Positions 22,990 to 36,211 of a DNA stretch of 64,000 nucleotides are shown piece by piece. The position numbers and the translations under genes are program-made. The DNA comes from Rhynchocyon petersi. Taxonomy: Eukaryota. Position 1 is the first letter of the stretch, and the number at the start of each line of letters is the position of its first letter. The DNA lies in the NCBI GenBank assembly GCA_043290085.1, contig CM091797.1:22366880-22430879 (forward strand), read 5' to 3'. The notes beneath the pieces are model-generated. The model saw nothing but the letters and a program-made list of their open reading frames with translations. It searched no databases and was not told the origin of the DNA.

Positions 22990-23430
22990 ACAAACTACAC
23001 ACATGCATAAGTGTGTGATGCTTGGTAGCTTGTGCAAGCCGTGTGAATGTGTGTTGTGGTTGAGTGCATTGCTAGCCATGGGTGTGCTGTGGTTATGCTT
23101 GGCGGTTTTGCGTGGTGGTAGAGAGTGTGTCATGTTGAGGATGTTGCTGGTTGTTTGTGTTGGTAGTTATGATTGAGTGCAGTAGTAGTTTTGGGTGTGC
23201 CATGGTTGTATGTGGTGGTGGCTGTGAGTGTCTTGGATTTGTGTAATGGTGGTTGTGTGTCATGGTTGTATGTGTTGATTGTTGTGAGTGTGTTGCTGGT
23301 TGTGTGTGTGCCTTGTTTGTGTGTGTTGGTGGCTGCAAGTGTGCTATAGGGGTGTGTGGTTGTAGTTGTGGGTATGCTGTGGTGGTATGCATTGGTGATT
23401 GTGAGGGTGTGTAGGTAATTATAAGTGCTT
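22990..23430. repeat. GT-rich degenerate minisatellite (about 35-45 bp units such as catggttgtatgtg.tg.t.gttgtgagtgt)
   Basis: Repeated tggttgtatgtggtggtggctgtgagtgtcttgg / tggttgtatgtgttgattgttgtgagtgtgttg units; no ORF sense. Confidence 0.7.
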
Positions 23431-23439
23431 ATAGTAGGG

Positions 23440-23613
23440 CGCTCTGGTGGCCTAGTGTTAAGGAACTGTGCTACCAACCCAAAGGCATGTGGTTCAAATC
23501 AGCCAGTTGCTTCACAGGAAAAAGAGTGGCATCAACTCCCGTGCAGTTTCCTGTCTGTGAAAACCTACTGGAGGTTCAGCTCTGAGTCAGCCCTGAAACA
23601 ACAACCACAGTAG
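23440..23613 (+). mobile_element. SINE family A (diverged)
   Basis: gcgctctggtggcctagtgttaaggaactgtgctaccaacccaaaggcatgtggttcaaatcagccag... Confidence 0.7.
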
Positions 23614-24102
23614 TAACACAGCCACCTGTACTTTCTCACAATCACTATACACATACAGTTCAAGTCAGGTTTACTTTCAAAGAGACAAGTTATAAACACA
23701 TATGTACAAGACAGCACTGAAAAAACTATTATACAGGAACACACAGGGTATGGTAACAGAAAGGAGCAGACCAGCTCCACTTACACAGATGTGATCAAGG
23801 AGAGCTTCCAAAAGAAGGGGCATCTCAACGGAATCGTAAAGGATGCCTGGGTATCATTGGGTGGAAAATGGTAAAAGGTCATGATAGTTTAAGGGAAAAG
23901 CATGTGTGCAAGCAGAGATAGGGGTAAGCAAAGGGATGTCTACGTGTCAGTTCACCCATCCCTATAAAGACAGAGAATTCAGAAAAGATTTACTGAGCTC
24001 ACCTTGTGCCTTGTGTGTCGGTCCAGGACTACATTAGTAAACTTCTCAGGGTTTACAATGTATCAAGAAGACAGAAATAGAACAGGGAATTTTAAGTGTG
24101 AT

Positions 24103-24292
24103 GGAGCTGCTGCCATGGCCCAGTGCTAAGCTTAGAGCTGCACTGCCAACCAAAGGCGCGAGGTTTGAATCTGCCAGCTGCTTCACGGGAGAAAGAGTGG
24201 AGTCAATTCCCGTGCAATGTACTGCCTCCGGCAACCCGCAGGAGAGTTAGCTATGAGTTGGTGATGACTCAATGGTACCCATCATCATCATG
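24103..24292 (+). mobile_element. SINE family A
   Basis: ggagctgctgccatggcccagtgctaagcttagagctgcactgccaaccaaaggcgcgaggtttgaatctgccagctgcttcacggg...agctatgagttggtgatgactcaatggtacccatcatcatcatg. Confidence 0.8.
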
Positions 24293-25134
24293 TTCCCAAG
24301 ACCAAATGTTTGGGTTACTAAAGCAAGTAGTCAAAGTCCCAGTGCATGGAAAACATTTCTTCTCCTTTGACCTCTATTGAACTCTGAACACTCCCTGGAC
24401 ATTCCAGGGTAGTGGGGAGGGTCCCTCAGGGTAACCTTAGGAGCTCCCAAACCTGTTACTTCCTTGAAGGATGCAGAATGCACCCTGGTCCTGTGACTGT
24501 CTTGGAGAGCTGGGTGAGAACCCCCTTCCCCCCTTGATTCTGCCTGCATACCGAGAAGGAGTGTATCAAGCATGTCCACACTGGAGACAATCAAGCCGAA
24601 GGTGCCCTGAGGGCCACACAGGGCCAGGTGGGTCCTGGTGCTCGCATGTGAGGGCTGGTCTGGCCCAAGAGTATTTGTCTGCTCCTGAACGACAGGACAT
24701 TGTATGTAAGGAGAGGACAGAGACACAGGGATACAGTGGGAAGAGAGACAGACGGACCACACCTCCTCAGATGGCCCCGGTGATGCTCGGTGTGGCTCCT
24801 GCTCCCCAGCTACCTCACCCCTGCCCTTGCTCTGTGCCCACCTCTTCCCTTCTCAGAGCCCCCTCGGGAGCCTCTTACGCCCTAGTCTCTGTGTCTTCAG
24901 AACACACTCGGGACTCAATGTCAATGCTAATCTAGAGGTGGGGAAATCACCCTCTTCTAACACCATGAGAGACAGGTTGTCTGCAGCTGTGCACCCAGGA
25001 AAGTCCTCTGGGACAGCTCTGCTCCCCATCACACAGGGTCACCGAGAGCTGAAATCGGTTGGACAACAGTGGGTGTGGACTATGTCTTCATCCTCCCTTT
25101 GTCTCACAGGAGGGGGATTCACAGAAGAGTCCCT

Positions 25135-25275
25135 GGGTGGTGCAATAGATAAATGGAACATTTGGTGCCAACTAATACGTTGGAGGTTCAAGGCCGCCTA
25201 CTAGCACCTGGTAATCTACTTCCCAAAGATTAGCCACTGGAAACTCCTCAGGGCACAGTTCAACTGGGATACTCA
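25135..25275 (+). mobile_element. AfroSINE-type SINE (family B)
   Basis: ggtggtgcaatagataaatggaacatttggtgccaactaatacgttggaggttcaaggccgcctactagcacc. Confidence 0.7.
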
Positions 25276-28200
25276 TGGGGTGACCAGGACTCCGTACTCA
25301 TTTCCCCCCCTTCTTTACTAAATAGATAACAGTATATGAAATAGTTTTCTGTCCTTGGAAGTGAAGAGAGCCGGGATGGACTCCCAGGAGCAAAGGTACT
25401 TATTTTTGTGACTTGGTTTCTCCCCTGTCCTCTGAGTCTCTGTTCTCCCACTGTTTGGATTCCACAAACCTGCAGGGGACAGCTCACAGTCCAGTTCAGC
25501 AGCGGCCTCCAGCTTGGGCCCAAACATCCCTCGGGAGCAAAGCCAGGCTGTGGCCAAGTGGGTACCAGGGGGCAGAAGCAGCCCTGGGGACACAGGCTGG
25601 GGCCGCAGGCAGTGAACCTAGGAGGCCATGGAGGAGTCCAGACTGAGCATGAGCTGTGGACACCCCCACCTATCCCAGGACAGCGGGTTCTGGGCTCCTG
25701 CTCTGGCCCAGCTCCTCAGCCAAGGTGCTGGACTTTGAGTCTTGTTTTTCTGACCAGTTGCCTTGCGGGGTGGGATGGGCTTTTCCCAGAGTGACTGGCC
25801 ACCTGCAGAGACAGTAAATGGACAAGGACACTGTGGCCATCCTGGTGGATCCCCACCCTCAGGAGGTTCACAGCTCTGGTGCTGGCTGCTCTGCACCCCC
25901 TCATTGAGGGCTCCCTTTCTTTCTGTCCCTCTATGTTTCACTAAATGGTGTCTCTTTCTGTGAAGTCCTTCCTCTCCTCTTGCCCTAAGTGCGTCAGACA
26001 GAGTTTCTCCATCCTTGCCTTTAAGGAGCACCCAGTTGACTTCCTCCAGGTCACATTTGTTGGTGGTGTAGGACGCCATCTAAATAGACAAAATCACCAA
26101 CAAAACATCATTTTCTGGTTCTGTCAGGTCAGATTTTGTGTTGGGTGTGTAGTGCATGGAAAAGTTTCCTCCCACAGAAATTCGGACTGGGCACATCAGA
26201 AGGTGTGGCAGGAAGGCTGGTGAAGAGAGAGTTCAAATTGCAAATGTGATGATTTTCTGATCTTCTGCAGATAAGGTGAATGCCCAGAAAATATCTTTTA
26301 AAGGAAAGTAAAATCACATCTCATTTTTAAAATGTCAATGTACTAGCTTCTAGAAAAACACGGCAACACCACAATTAGACCTGGTTTTAAAAACAAAACC
26401 AAACTCCACTCTATTTCTCACCTGAAAACAGGTCTCTTTTGGCCTCTACCATGGAAATGCCCATCCTGCATGAATAAACCTAGGTGAGAATGTCAAACGT
26501 GACTGATGTCATTACTGCTGATTTTCACAAGTAGAGTGAGCAGTGCTTTGCAGCTGTTCTACAGGAAATCCATTCTCCTTTTAAAAGCACGGTGGCTTCA
26601 ATGCAGGTGGATTCCTGTAGGTCTTGTGGGTCAGTTCAACATTTTGAGAGACGATACACTAAATGAAGTCAGTTTTGGAAGAAGGAGGACAAGGAAAGGT
26701 CTAGAAGTATGAGAGGGGAGTGTGGGAGCAAGCGAGGAGACTGACGGAAGCTAAGAACAGAGCCCCGAAGGATGCCGAGATCGCATGACGTCAGGAGGCC
26801 TGGGGCTGCGGGAAAACCTGTGACTCGAAAAGACCTCTGAAGACTCTTGGAAAGAACGGTTCAAGAGGGGACTGTTCTTCCCCCTTAATTTGGGAAAGGC
26901 AGGAATGTTTTCTATTTTTCAGATAACTATAATATCCTTCTTTGATACTATACCTAAGGCTCCCAGCTAGTAGTTATTTCTGTGTTTTTTAAAAATTGTG
27001 AGATGAGTTGAGTTTTATCAGGGACATTGTGTTTAGTCATTAACGCATCTTTTGTTCCATAACATCAGCGAAACACACACACTGTCCGCCTGTGCATTCA
27101 TTCCAGATTGTCTTTATCTCCACCCACTGTCCTAAGTGTTTATTCATTTTCTACTAACCCCCCCAACTTCCCAAGTAATCAGTAACTCTTTGGTGTTTAT
27201 TCCCAGATAAATGAAAGTTTTATTTCTTTTGCAATGACATTCAAAATCACTGTATTTTTAAAATCTTTTGGCCAAGAAAAGAAAAAAAAACCCAACATAA
27301 TGAAACCCTTCACTCGGTTCAACGTAATAGAAATGTTATCTAGAAAATAGTCCGCATTGTTAAACCTGTGTGAAAACGTCAAATTTAAGTCTACAAATTC
27401 TAAGCCTAATTCTGGTCCACAAATTCTAAGCTTAATTCTAAAGTACAGTGGTCTGGAGGACAAAAGTGCTTCTGCAGACATTGTATCATAGTAGAAGTGC
27501 CTCCGACTATCTCCAAATGACTCCAACAGGCATGTTCCTCATGATGGCATGGGCACGTCCGGGGTCAGGCATAGGGGTCCAGGGCTGTATGAACTCTCTA
27601 AGACATGGCCCAGCTGCTGCTGGTACTTGGCCTCCTCTTTGTATCTAAGGTCCAGCAACAGGACATCACAGCTAAAAGTTCATCAGGAGAGACAATTGGC
27701 TGAGCTCTTGGGTAGCCATTGTTCAAGTATGCAGCCAAGGGGTTAAAGTCCATACGTGGGGTCTGACCCAATGTCCTAAGTTCCCACAGTGTCTCTCCAA
27801 AGGCCCACGCATCACTAGCTCTCAAAAACTCCCTACTTAGGACACTTTAACAGCCATCCATCCAAATGGCCGATTTTCATGTCCGTCCCCTACTCAGTGT
27901 GTCATCTATGACACACTTCTTAACAGTCATATCCTTGTGATGTCCTCCCATCTGGAAAAATCCCTTACTCCACAGGAAACCTGAATGGCCCCATGGACCA
28001 AGTCTCGCTGAGAAATTGCCTGAGGATCGCCGGCCTCGACTAACCTGCTCTGCTGAGCGCAATTCCAGATTCCCCCAGTTCATGTGAGGCGGCAACGCGA
28101 TGGGCTTCTCTCCTTCTACACACGCCCGCGTCACGGGCAGCAGATTCTGTCATGAAGCCCTGGTAGCTTCCAACGTCCAGAGAGCAACACTGTCATCTCA

Positions 28201-29858
28201 TGTCAGAAGCGTCACCTTTCACTCTTCACAAATGCCTGTTGTTCTGATTGGGATATTCTTCATCTGTTCACGTCCCCCCAAAATATGTCCAAAAGTACCT
28301 CACAAGAGTACACCTTGTCCGGTTCTCCACTTCCCAGATATGGCTTTAGCCTTCGCTTAGCTTTCACCTCCGAAAAGGTGACACTTCTCAGGTCCTCCTT
28401 CTCCATCGCAAAGCACGGCAGCTGGCGACTGGAGTGGCGCTGTTGGGTGTCAGCGCTCAGATCCTGAGTCTTCTGGGAGGACGGCTGACAGTCTTCGGGA
28501 ACCACTGTGGGCACTGGTGCTGCCCCCCAGCGGAAGCCTGTCCACACTACAAAGGTGCGAACCAGTGAATGTTACTGCGGCAAGAGATCTGTCTGCACAG
28601 CAAGGCCTACACTGAGAGCAAGCCACGTGTGCACCTGGTCAGAGCCCCAGTTACAGGATAGTGAACAGTTCTGCTATTGCTTTGTCCAAGGCTGAGGTTG
28701 AACCTCTTCAATTTTGTCAATAACTATTTTCCTTCCTTTAAAATTGGAGACTGTGAAGTGTTTCAAGTACAGACTGTCAGGTTGGGCTGCATTAGCACTA
28801 TCGTCTCAGAATCCCCTGCGCCAGTCCGGGACAGCTGGACCTGAAACACTGACGAAGTGTGAGGCCCTGCCCCTGCACAGACATCTTCACCTGAGGCTTG
28901 TCCACAGCCACCAAGCAGCCATTCAAATCCCAGCTTGTAGTCCACCGCGGCTTTCTCACATAACAAAGCTCTGAATCAGGAACCACCGGCCAGCATAGTC
29001 CAGGTCCGAGTACCACTGTCTCCCACATTGTCACTATCTGCCACCTCCCTGAAGGCAAGAGTCCAGGTGGAGCATTGTCGGGTATTTTTAAAAAAGGTGA
29101 ATCATCATGACGTTCCCATTCTTCAAGAGATCGTCCAGTGAGTGGTCCAAAATTGAAAAACTTCAATGTTGGGAAAACCTGGAAATACTTTGTCTTTATG
29201 ATACATGTTTTTAATCCACCAACCTGTCGAAAAAGACAAAGGTCAATTAGAAATCAAGGTTCACCAATCAGACTGCTACTCACCTCTAGAGTAAAGCCTG
29301 ATGGAGCATGTTTGCAGCACATCCGACACCCTAATGAGACCAGCAGATGGCACAGCCAGAACCAGTGCTGGGCCCTGCAAGAGAGGCAGATGGTGTCTCT
29401 CAGTGCACCTCAAGGAAAGGTCCACTCCAAGTCACAGGACATTGGGGCTTCCTCTCCCTTACTGGAAACAGCAAAATCCTTGCATCATACAAGGAAAAGA
29501 AGACAAGCGATTCTTTTACCCAGATGGGGACAACCGGGACCTGACTTTGATGGATGGACCTGTATGACTAGATGAGTGTAGAATGGAAACATAATATTTA
29601 AAAAATACATCTCCTCTTCTGGGACAACTAACAGATCAAAGCCTCTGATTAATAAAGAACTGGTTTGTTATCCTGTCATTTGAAAGCCTTGGAGAGGAGA
29701 GAAATCTCTGAAATCCTAACACTGATTTCTTTTCTGACAACTCAGAAGAGAGGAGGGTTCCTCCCATGAGCATTGCAAGGGGAACTCGCCTGAGCCAATG
29801 AAATTCAGGGCTGTCACACTCTCAAGGCCATAGGAGAGGATCAAAGGGATGATGACAG

Positions 29859-30245
29859 GTGAGAATTGATGCCTTTGAGCTGTGGTGTTGGAGAAGGGTT
29901 CTCAATACCCCATGGATAGCCAAGAAAACGAACAAGTATGTTGGGGAGAGGATCCAGCCAGAGTGCTCCCTGGAGGCAAGAGTGGTGAAGCTCCGCCTCA
30001 TGTATTTTGGACATGTTGCCAGGAGAGACCAGTCCCTGGAGAAGGACATCATGTTTGGAAAGGTGGAGGGTAGGAGAGGAAGGGGTAGACCCTCGACTAG
30101 ATGGATGGACACGGTTATTGCAGTGATGGGCTTGGGTGTGTCGGAGATGGTGAGGATGGCTCAGGATAGGGCGCATTTCAGGTCTGCTGTTCATAGGGTG
30201 GCTATGAGTGGTCTTCCACTCGATAGCACATAACAACAACAACAA
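29859..30245 (+). mobile_element. RTE/BovB-type LINE 3' end (plus)
   Basis: RIDAFELWCWRRVLNTPWIAKKTNKYVGERIQPECSLEARVVKLRLMYFGHVARRDQSLEKDIMFGKVEGRRGRGRPSTRWMDTVIAVMGLGVSEMVRMAQDRAHFRSAVHRVAMSGLPLDST then cataacaacaacaac. Confidence 0.9.
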
Positions 30246-30420
30246 TTGCTAGTGATTTTGAGCATTTCCTCATGTGTTTGTTGGCCATCGAAATGTCCTC
30301 TTCAGTGAAGACTGTTTTCATGTTGCCTGCCCATTTGGTAATTGGGTTAGCATTCTTTTTCTGATAGAGGCTTTGTAGTATTCTGAAGATTCTGGTTATG
30401 AGAGAATGTCTTTATTTTTG
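30245..30420 (+). mobile_element. L1 LINE fragment
   Basis: gagcatttcctcatgtgtttgttggccatcgaaatgtcctcttcagtgaagactgttttcatgttgcctgcccatttggtaattgggttagcattctttttctgatagag, typical of the L1 ORF2 C-terminal region. Confidence 0.7.
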
Positions 30421-31369
30421 AGAGCTATTTAACTAGGAGGTGGTGGTTGTTGTTATGTGCCATCAAGTCGAAGACGACTTACAGTGACCCTAGTATGTTC
30501 CTAGAAATTTGTTCCTGTCGGTTTTCAGATTTCTTGGGAGTATAACTTTGCACAGTGTAGGGCTGTGATATATCTCACTTGGATCTGTTGTCATGTCATC
30601 AATATAATTTTCTTGTTCTTTTTTTGCTATGATTTGAGTGAAAGTTTACAGAGCATATTGGATTTTCACTCAACCACACTCACTATTTTGTTTTATAACT
30701 TTAATTACAATAGCTACAGAGAAATGATACTTTCTGTACTTCCTCCGTATAATTCTGATTTCCATTGTGTGGCAGTTTGTTTCTCTACCCCTTCCTGTCT
30801 TCTGCAGCAGCTGGCATGACCACATGGTAAATAGAGCTGCGCTGCCCTGTGCGAGATACTGCCTCCTGATACCCTTGGGAGGGTCACTCTGAGCCGGTCA
30901 TGACTCGTCGGTACCCCACCACACCACCACATCCTGTCTTCAAGACTTTATTATTGCACAAATGCTGCTCTTTTAACTGTGTATGGCTGGTTACGCTAAG
31001 GAGGAAGTTGTGATTTGTTACATTCAGCCAAGATCCATCTGATATCTGCCTGGAGCTTTCATTGCATTTCAATGTATGGGCTTCTAAAACAATGGTCGAT
31101 TCTGGGCTGGTTTTCCTAAGAGAGTCTCCAAGCTGGGGAAGGCTGTCTCCCTGGTTTGTGATCCTTTTCTTCTCTCAGAGAGTCAGTGCCTCCCTCTCAG
31201 GGGAGTTGTTTTATTCAGTAACTATCTGTGAGTCAGTCTTGTACAATCAAAGGGAAGAGATTAGAGATCTTTTCCTTTTGGATAATCATGCCTTCATCTT
31301 CCTTCATTGTGCTGTCTGGTTTCCTCTGTAGATCGTGGACACATTGTCTTAGTGTTGTTAGGTGCTATT

Positions 31370-31660
31370 GAGACCAGTTGGAGTGACAGAGATTCTATGC
31401 AGAGCTGATCTGAAACCTCCTCTCTGCGGCGCTGTCTTCCCCGACATAGTCCAGCCCATTGTTGCAGACACTGCGCTCATCCTTCCCGTTGAAGGTCTCC
31501 CTCTCCTTCTGTGACCTCCCACCTTTTGAACACAATGTCCCTTTCCAGGGACTGGCCTCTCCTGACAACATGTCCAATGTCTGTGAGTCCAAGTTTCACC
31601 ATCTTTGCCATCAAAGAGCAATCTGGTTGCACTTTCTCCAAGACATATTTTAAATATAAT
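31370..31660 (-). mobile_element. RTE/BovB-type LINE 3' fragment (minus)
   Basis: Minus ORF ...RRGRPSTGRMSAVSATMGWTMSGKTAPQRGGFRSALHRISVTPTGLNST. Confidence 0.75.
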
Positions 31661-32099
31661 GAGAACATACACAACATCCCCTTATTTCCCTGGCTAACAC
31701 ACTCATTATGCGTGTGATTGACAATTGACCCAGAACTCCATTCCTCTTGTGACCCAGGTCCCTCACAGTATGAGTTTGCAGCTTTTCCCAGCGTGGTGTG
31801 GAATCCATTTCCCTCCCCTTTAATTTAGAGTTGCAGTTCTGGGTCATGCAAGAAGGTAAGCTTGACCCAGAGACACCTTCTCAGAAAATCCTGGGGATCC
31901 AGAAGATGTGAACCTTGAAATCCCCATGGAGTAGCCATGAGTCATACTTGACAAACGAAAAGGGCCTTGTTTTTGCTTAGTTTTGTTTTTAATCAGGGAT
32001 GTCTCTGTGACCTGCTGTAGCTGGTAGAATGTGCTGCAGGTGATGAATGAGTTCCTCCGAGGGTCTAAGAGGCTGTCATGGATTGAATGGAGTTGCTCC

Positions 32100-32700
32100 A
32101 AAGCACGTGTCCATTTGTTTGGGCTGCAGCTCTAGTGTTGTGTAATTAAGTTATCCTCATTTTGTGTGACATCCTCTTATTATTGTAAATGTTGTGGATC
32201 CGTAAATCCAGGTGTCATGAATGAGGCAGGAATAGTGGCACTTCGGTGAAGAGGCAGGACTCAATCTTCAGGACTAGATGGTTTGAGTGTCTATGTTCGT
32301 GAGAAAGATAGGTCTATAGTTTTCTGTTTTGCTGTTGTCTTTACCTGGCTTTGGAACTAGGGGGTTATGCTTGCTTCGTAGAATGAATCTGGGAGCATTG
32401 CTTCTTTTTCAGTCTTTTGAAATAAAGTAAGTAGAACTGAGGTCAGTGCTTCTCTAAATGTTTGGTAGAATTCAGCAGTGAAGCCACTGGGGCCAGGGCT
32501 TTTTTTGGTGTGGAGCTTTTTCATAACCTGCTCTATTTCTTCTTTTGTAATAGGGCTGTTGAGTTGTTCTACTTCTGCCTGTGTCAGTTTGGGTAGGCTG
32601 TGACTTTCTAGGAATTTGTCCATTTCTTCCTTCCAGGTTTTTGTATTTGTCTGAGTACCCTTTATTACAATATTCAGTCATTAGTCTCTTTCTTTCAAAG
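32100..32700 (-). mobile_element. L1 LINE fragment (minus), ORF2 N-terminal region
   Basis: Minus [91 protein letters not shown], an L1 ORF2 hallmark. Confidence 0.85.
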
Positions 32701-33010
32701 CACATCAAAAAAATAATTCACCCAGATCAAATGGGATTCATAACAGGCATGCAGGGATGGTTCAACATAAGAAAAATTCTTCATAGAATTTACCACATCA
32801 ATAAAATTTAGGACAAGAACCGCATGAGCATATCAGTTGATGCAGGAAAGGCCTCTGACCAGGTCCAGCCTCATTTCCTGCTAAAAACTCTCAGAAAAAT
32901 TGCCTTAGAAGGGAAGTTCCTCCACATAGTTAAGAGTATGCTAAACCAAGAGCCAACATCGCACTCAATGGTGAGATCCTATGGAATCAGCTTCTTTAGA
33001 GACTGTGCGT
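32700..33010 (+). mobile_element. L1 LINE fragment (plus), ORF2 RT region, inverted relative to the adjacent L1 piece
   Basis: ...[34 protein letters not shown]...SISVDAGKASDQVQPHFLLKTLRKIALEGKFLHIVKSMLNQEPTSHSMVRSYGISF. Confidence 0.85.
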
Positions 33011-34789
33011 ATATTGAACAAGTGAGCAAAGAGAGGGCCCTGTCATCCCCGACAAAGCTGAGCTGGGGGAATGGGCATGCAGGGTGTGTGGAGCCAGGGT
33101 CCCTGTGCCTGGAACCTCCTGAAGTCATGGGAAGGGTTGATTCTGGGACATGTGGAGATGTCCAAGGGACCCTGGACTCACAGACCTGGACCCACAGATT
33201 TTTGTCACTTGAGACAAGTGGGCGAAGGAACCGCTGAGCTAAAAAGCCAGCCCTACCCACAGATCTTTAAAGAAACAGTATTTTCCCACCAAAGTGTAAA
33301 CCAACAGAGAGAACAACCCCTTCCTAGAGCAGGCATCCTGAATGTAAAGTTGAAGCCTCGTCAACTGTGCTGGTTCTGTTTTGGCAATATGAGAGAATGA
33401 AGACAGAGAATTTTTTCCATGTTTCTGCTTCCTCTCAGGATCTTGCCCAGCTGTGGCTCTTCCACAACCAGAGACATGTGGGAGACCACAGTCCATCAGG
33501 CAGCTCTCTGCCAACCCACTAGCAGAGCCCAACAGACACATATGGGAGACCACAGTGCACCAGGCAGCTCTCCACCAACCCACCACCGCACCACACCAGA
33601 GACATATGGGAGACCACAGCGCACCAGGCAGCTCTCCACCGACCCACCAGCGGAGCACACATGCATGAGTAAGCACATTGTGTTTCCTGAAAATGACCCA
33701 GATCCACAGAACCTGGTGACCCACAGACTTTTGAGCCTAATCCATGGGTTTACCAGACTAAGACTGGAGATGATGTGAGCTGCTCTCCTCTCTAACTGTG
33801 AGGTACTAAATGCCTGCTTGTTAAAGCCATCTCATTGTGGTATGTGTGTCATGGGAGCACTGGGGATCTAAGAAAATGCTCTTTCCTAGTGCTGGTCTGT
33901 GTGCTGCCGAAGTGAGCCCATCTTTTCTACTGATGGTACAGATAGCTCTGAATCGTGCAGTCGACTTGCCCTTGAATGTGTAGACATATCCCCAAAGGCC
34001 AGTATTTCCTGATTCATTCTATCGCCCTAGATTCTCTTCCATAGCTGCAGGTGATGAGCAAAGAGTTTCACCCACATTTGCTTCCTGAAAATAGGGTCCT
34101 TGTGCTCCCCACTGGATTTGAGGTATTCCCAGGATTCTGCTGGCAAGAACCAATTTTCTCTTCTTATGAGTCAGCTGGTCACTGGGGAATGAATGTCCTC
34201 TTCGAGGGACTTCTGTTACCCCCTTCCCTCCTCTCTGGCTGCCTGTCTCAGCACATTGTCCCCCACCTCGGGCCTCAAAACCGTGTTCCCAGAGAACTTG
34301 GTTGTGAATCACAATATTCCCATTCCTTCTTTTTCCCAAACTGGCCTCTCCATGTCCTCACAAACAAGTGGGCAATGGCAATGATAGAACATGTGTGTCC
34401 CAGGACCTAGATGGACAGAGTCTGAGAGAGGGAGTTGGCCCTCAAAGTTCTAAGAACTGCCACCTAACAAATGCTTCTAAGCAACTCCTCCTACCTCATC
34501 AGGAGGTCCCTCTCTTAGTTGTGGTTACGACTTAGGAGCCGGACTGTCGGACTTCGTGGAAAAGTGACCCTACCTTGATTCATTGTCTTTGACTTCTTTA
34601 TTTTATTGCTGTGTTTTTTATATCTAGAAAACAACTTAGAGAAAAGGTCAGTATTGAAGGCCCCACCTATCTTTGTGAAGGATTCATGGGAAGGAAATCA
34701 GTAGGGGATGAATATCGTAAGGATGGATTTTGAGGATGAAGGCATTTGGGGCAGGAAGTGAAAGGAGAGAGGAGTTTGCAGCCTTCTCT

Positions 34790-35130
34790 TGTGGCATCTT
34801 TGTTGGGGAGGTGGTGTTGTTCGGCGCCATAGAGTTCAGTAGGACTCCTCACAACCTTATCAATAACAGATCTGAAATCTGCCCTATGCGGTTCCCCGTT
34901 CACCACCCCTGATGTGCTTGAGCCTGTTACCTTCATTCAGCAGTCAATCCATCTTGTGAAGGGATTTCCTCCCTTTCTCGGACCTTCCACCTTGGCACGC
35001 ATGATGTCATTTTCTAGGGACTGGCACTTTCCCACAACATGCCCATAGGATGGGAGGCAAAGTGCCACAATTCTTGCCTCCACACAACACTCTGGTTGCA
35101 CTTTCTCCTGGATATACCTGTCTGTCAACA
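34790..35130 (-). mobile_element. RTE/BovB-type LINE 3' fragment (minus)
   Basis: Minus ORF ...VEGPRKGGNPFTRWIDC; the tail gttgttcggcgccatagagttcagtaggactcctcacaacc. Confidence 0.75.
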
Positions 35131-35721
35131 CTTAAGCTGGTGATGTTGAGAGAGCCTCTTGCAAGGGGATACTGAGGGAGAGTGGGTTGGACCACTCTTG
35201 GAAGTCACTAACTTTCATGTCTAGAAATGAGGGAAAGCCTTTCTAAATCCAGTGTACCGGGTGCTGTACAAGAGATTAGCACCAGTGGGTTTCATTTACC
35301 CAAAGAACAAACACATCTGTCTTGATCTCCAGCCAGTTTGTTAGACGTTAGGATGGTGAGACGTCATCTCACGTCCATCCCATCCTATCAGGTGAAGTAT
35401 ATGAGGCAGGGGAGAGAGAAGACGTCAGGTTTGTGAAGGGTCAGGAGATGAACAGACCTCCAACCCAAGGGAATGGCACAGTGGCTCCACTTGAGAGCTC
35501 ACACATTGTGATTGTGAGGATGATGCAGGATGGAAGTGCTTCTTCATTCTGTTGGACACCAGGAGTCAGACAGCCCCGACAGCCACAGCTAGTTAGAAGC
35601 AAGTTGAAGGTCCCACCTCCACTCAAGGGGCGGAGGTGATCCAGGGGCAAGAGTCATTGGAGACCCTCCCCTGGTGTGTCCAGCACACGAAGTATTTGAT
35701 ATATCTTATTTGTCTCCAAAG

Positions 35722-35821
35722 AGTTTGAAGAGGCCTTGGCCGAAGTTGGAGGACCCCCAACTGAGGGGGGGCCCATCAGGGGCCATGGAGAACCTGGGCT
35801 TTGTTGAGCAAGTGCCTAGAG
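35722..35821 (+). CDS. Candidate first coding exon of the HEAT-repeat gene; ATG at 35785 in a Kozak context (gccATGGag), encoding MENLGFVEQVPR plus 1 nt
   Basis: AG acceptor tgtctccaaag| at 35721 and a strong donor |gtaagag at 35822. The phase joins the next exon exactly, giving ...VPRGIYQQILEV. It is the only in-frame ATG exon compatible with the downstream phases that I could find. Confidence 0.4.
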
Positions 35822-36029
35822 GTAAGAGAACCACTAACTCACTCCTTGAGGAGAATTCCCAGCCTGTGCCTCAGCATCTCCATCTGGACAGTGGAGATGA
35901 AATTCCCTGCCCAATCCTCTCTATGGAAGCTTTCAGCAGAGGTGACACTGGAGCCTCCTGGGTCCAGATAAGGACAGGGGCACATGGAATGGCCATCTCC
36001 TCACTGCACCAGTGCTATCTTTGTTTCAG

Positions 36030-36211
36030 GAATTTACCAACAAATCCTCGAAGTCCTCAACACCATGGACAGGGATTCCAGAAAGAGCGGAATGGCACTG
36101 CTCGACCTAGCCAGGCACAAGGCCCAGGAACTGGTGATCATTGGGAAGAAGGCCAACAGGGAGCCTTCCCTGGTGATAAGCATCCTTACCCACTGCCTTC
36201 AGATGCCTGAG
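36030..36211 (+). CDS. Coding exon, HEAT-repeat (MROH-like) gene: GIYQQILEVLNTMDRDSRKSGMALLDLARHKAQELVIIGKKANREPSLVISILTHCLQMPE
   Basis: Acceptor ctttgtttcag|, donor gag|gtagga; helical, protein-like composition; ends in phase 0. Confidence 0.75.

Noticed and set aside
24471-24935. 154-aa ORF (and similar isolated 100-150-aa ORFs at 6125-6469, 15330-15950, 25618-26079, 29138-29575, 40143-40661, 49299-49827, 52382-53059)
   Set aside because: No flanking splice sites giving phase-consistent joins, low-complexity or Pro/Ser/Gly-rich composition, several overlap repeats or the opposite strand of real exons. They are treated as chance ORFs, because the track uses bacterial-style start rules.
35674-36210. 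178-aa ORF spanning unique sequence upstream of and across the exon at 36030
   Set aside because: Its downstream half is the wrong reading frame over a real exon (EFTNKSSKSS... versus the helical GIYQQILEV...). Only the short segment 35722-35821 (in that ORF's frame) is retained as a candidate start-codon exon.
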